Origin: Eubacteriales bacterium
Lineage (GTDB): Bacteria > Bacillota > Clostridia > Oscillospirales > CAG-272
Length of the DNA stretch: 64,000 nt
Assembly: GCA_045580085.1 (NCBI GenBank)
Contig: JAZNND010000049.1
Coordinates: forward strand, 1,144-65,143
Direction: 5' to 3'
Shown here piece after piece: positions 63,986 through 64,000 of this stretch (position 1 is the stretch's first letter; every line of letters begins with the position of its first letter). Both the position numbers and the translations under genes were made by a program. Below the pieces are notes generated by a model that worked only from the letters and a program-made list of their open reading frames with translations, was not told the origin of the DNA and did no database searches.

Positions 63986-64000
63986 TGAATTGTGCAATTA

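Noticed and set aside
1-64000. Search by eye for CRISPR arrays, tRNA/rRNA genes, IS elements and long direct repeats
   Set aside because: I noticed no regularly spaced direct repeats, cloverleaf-like intergenic segments, rRNA-like regions or transposase ORFs. The intergenic regions are short and explained by promoters and terminators. A computational scan (tRNAscan-SE, CRISPR finders, self-dot-plot) would be needed to exclude them formally.

Overview
This 64-kb window looks like chromosome from a spore-forming Firmicute of the Clostridia type. It carries sigG, a GerA/SpoVAF-family germination protein gene, T-box regulation, and many TGn-extended -10 promoters. Most of it is core and glycan-foraging DNA. 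Core genes include greA-lysS, ribF-prmA-rsmE, mutY, a THUMP methyltransferase and azlCD. Glycan genes include a GH29 fucosidase, an SGNH esterase, an AGE epimerase with a NanA-like lyase, a GH36 alpha-galactosidase, a GH63/trehalase-like enzyme and four AraC regulators. Two loci stand out. (1) An AT-richer ~11-kb block (about 26.96-38.33 kb) holds a tyrosine recombinase and a 232-bp candidate invertible DNA switch. The switch has 25-bp inverted repeats with lox/dif-like cores and encloses a near-consensus promoter that currently points away from the downstream gene. That gene encodes a 3018-aa secreted GLUG / MucBP-like / BspA-LRR protein. It is followed by a divergent Lgt-family paralog and an unlisted 44-codon acidic ORF. 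(2) A T-box leader with a probable Tyr (UAC) specifier precedes a seven-gene operon. The operon encodes a Na+/solute symporter, an acyl-CoA ligase, IorA, IorB, a PaaK-type ligase, an ACT protein and an MBL hydrolase. This suggests starvation-induced salvage of aryl acids into aromatic amino acids. Smaller observations are a 1-nt frameshift in an AEC transporter, a membrane protein with a RyR-like domain, and a DMT-type permease translationally coupled to the NanA-like gene. I saw no rRNA, tRNA or CRISPR array. All calls come from reading the sequence and ORF translations by eye, with no database searches.
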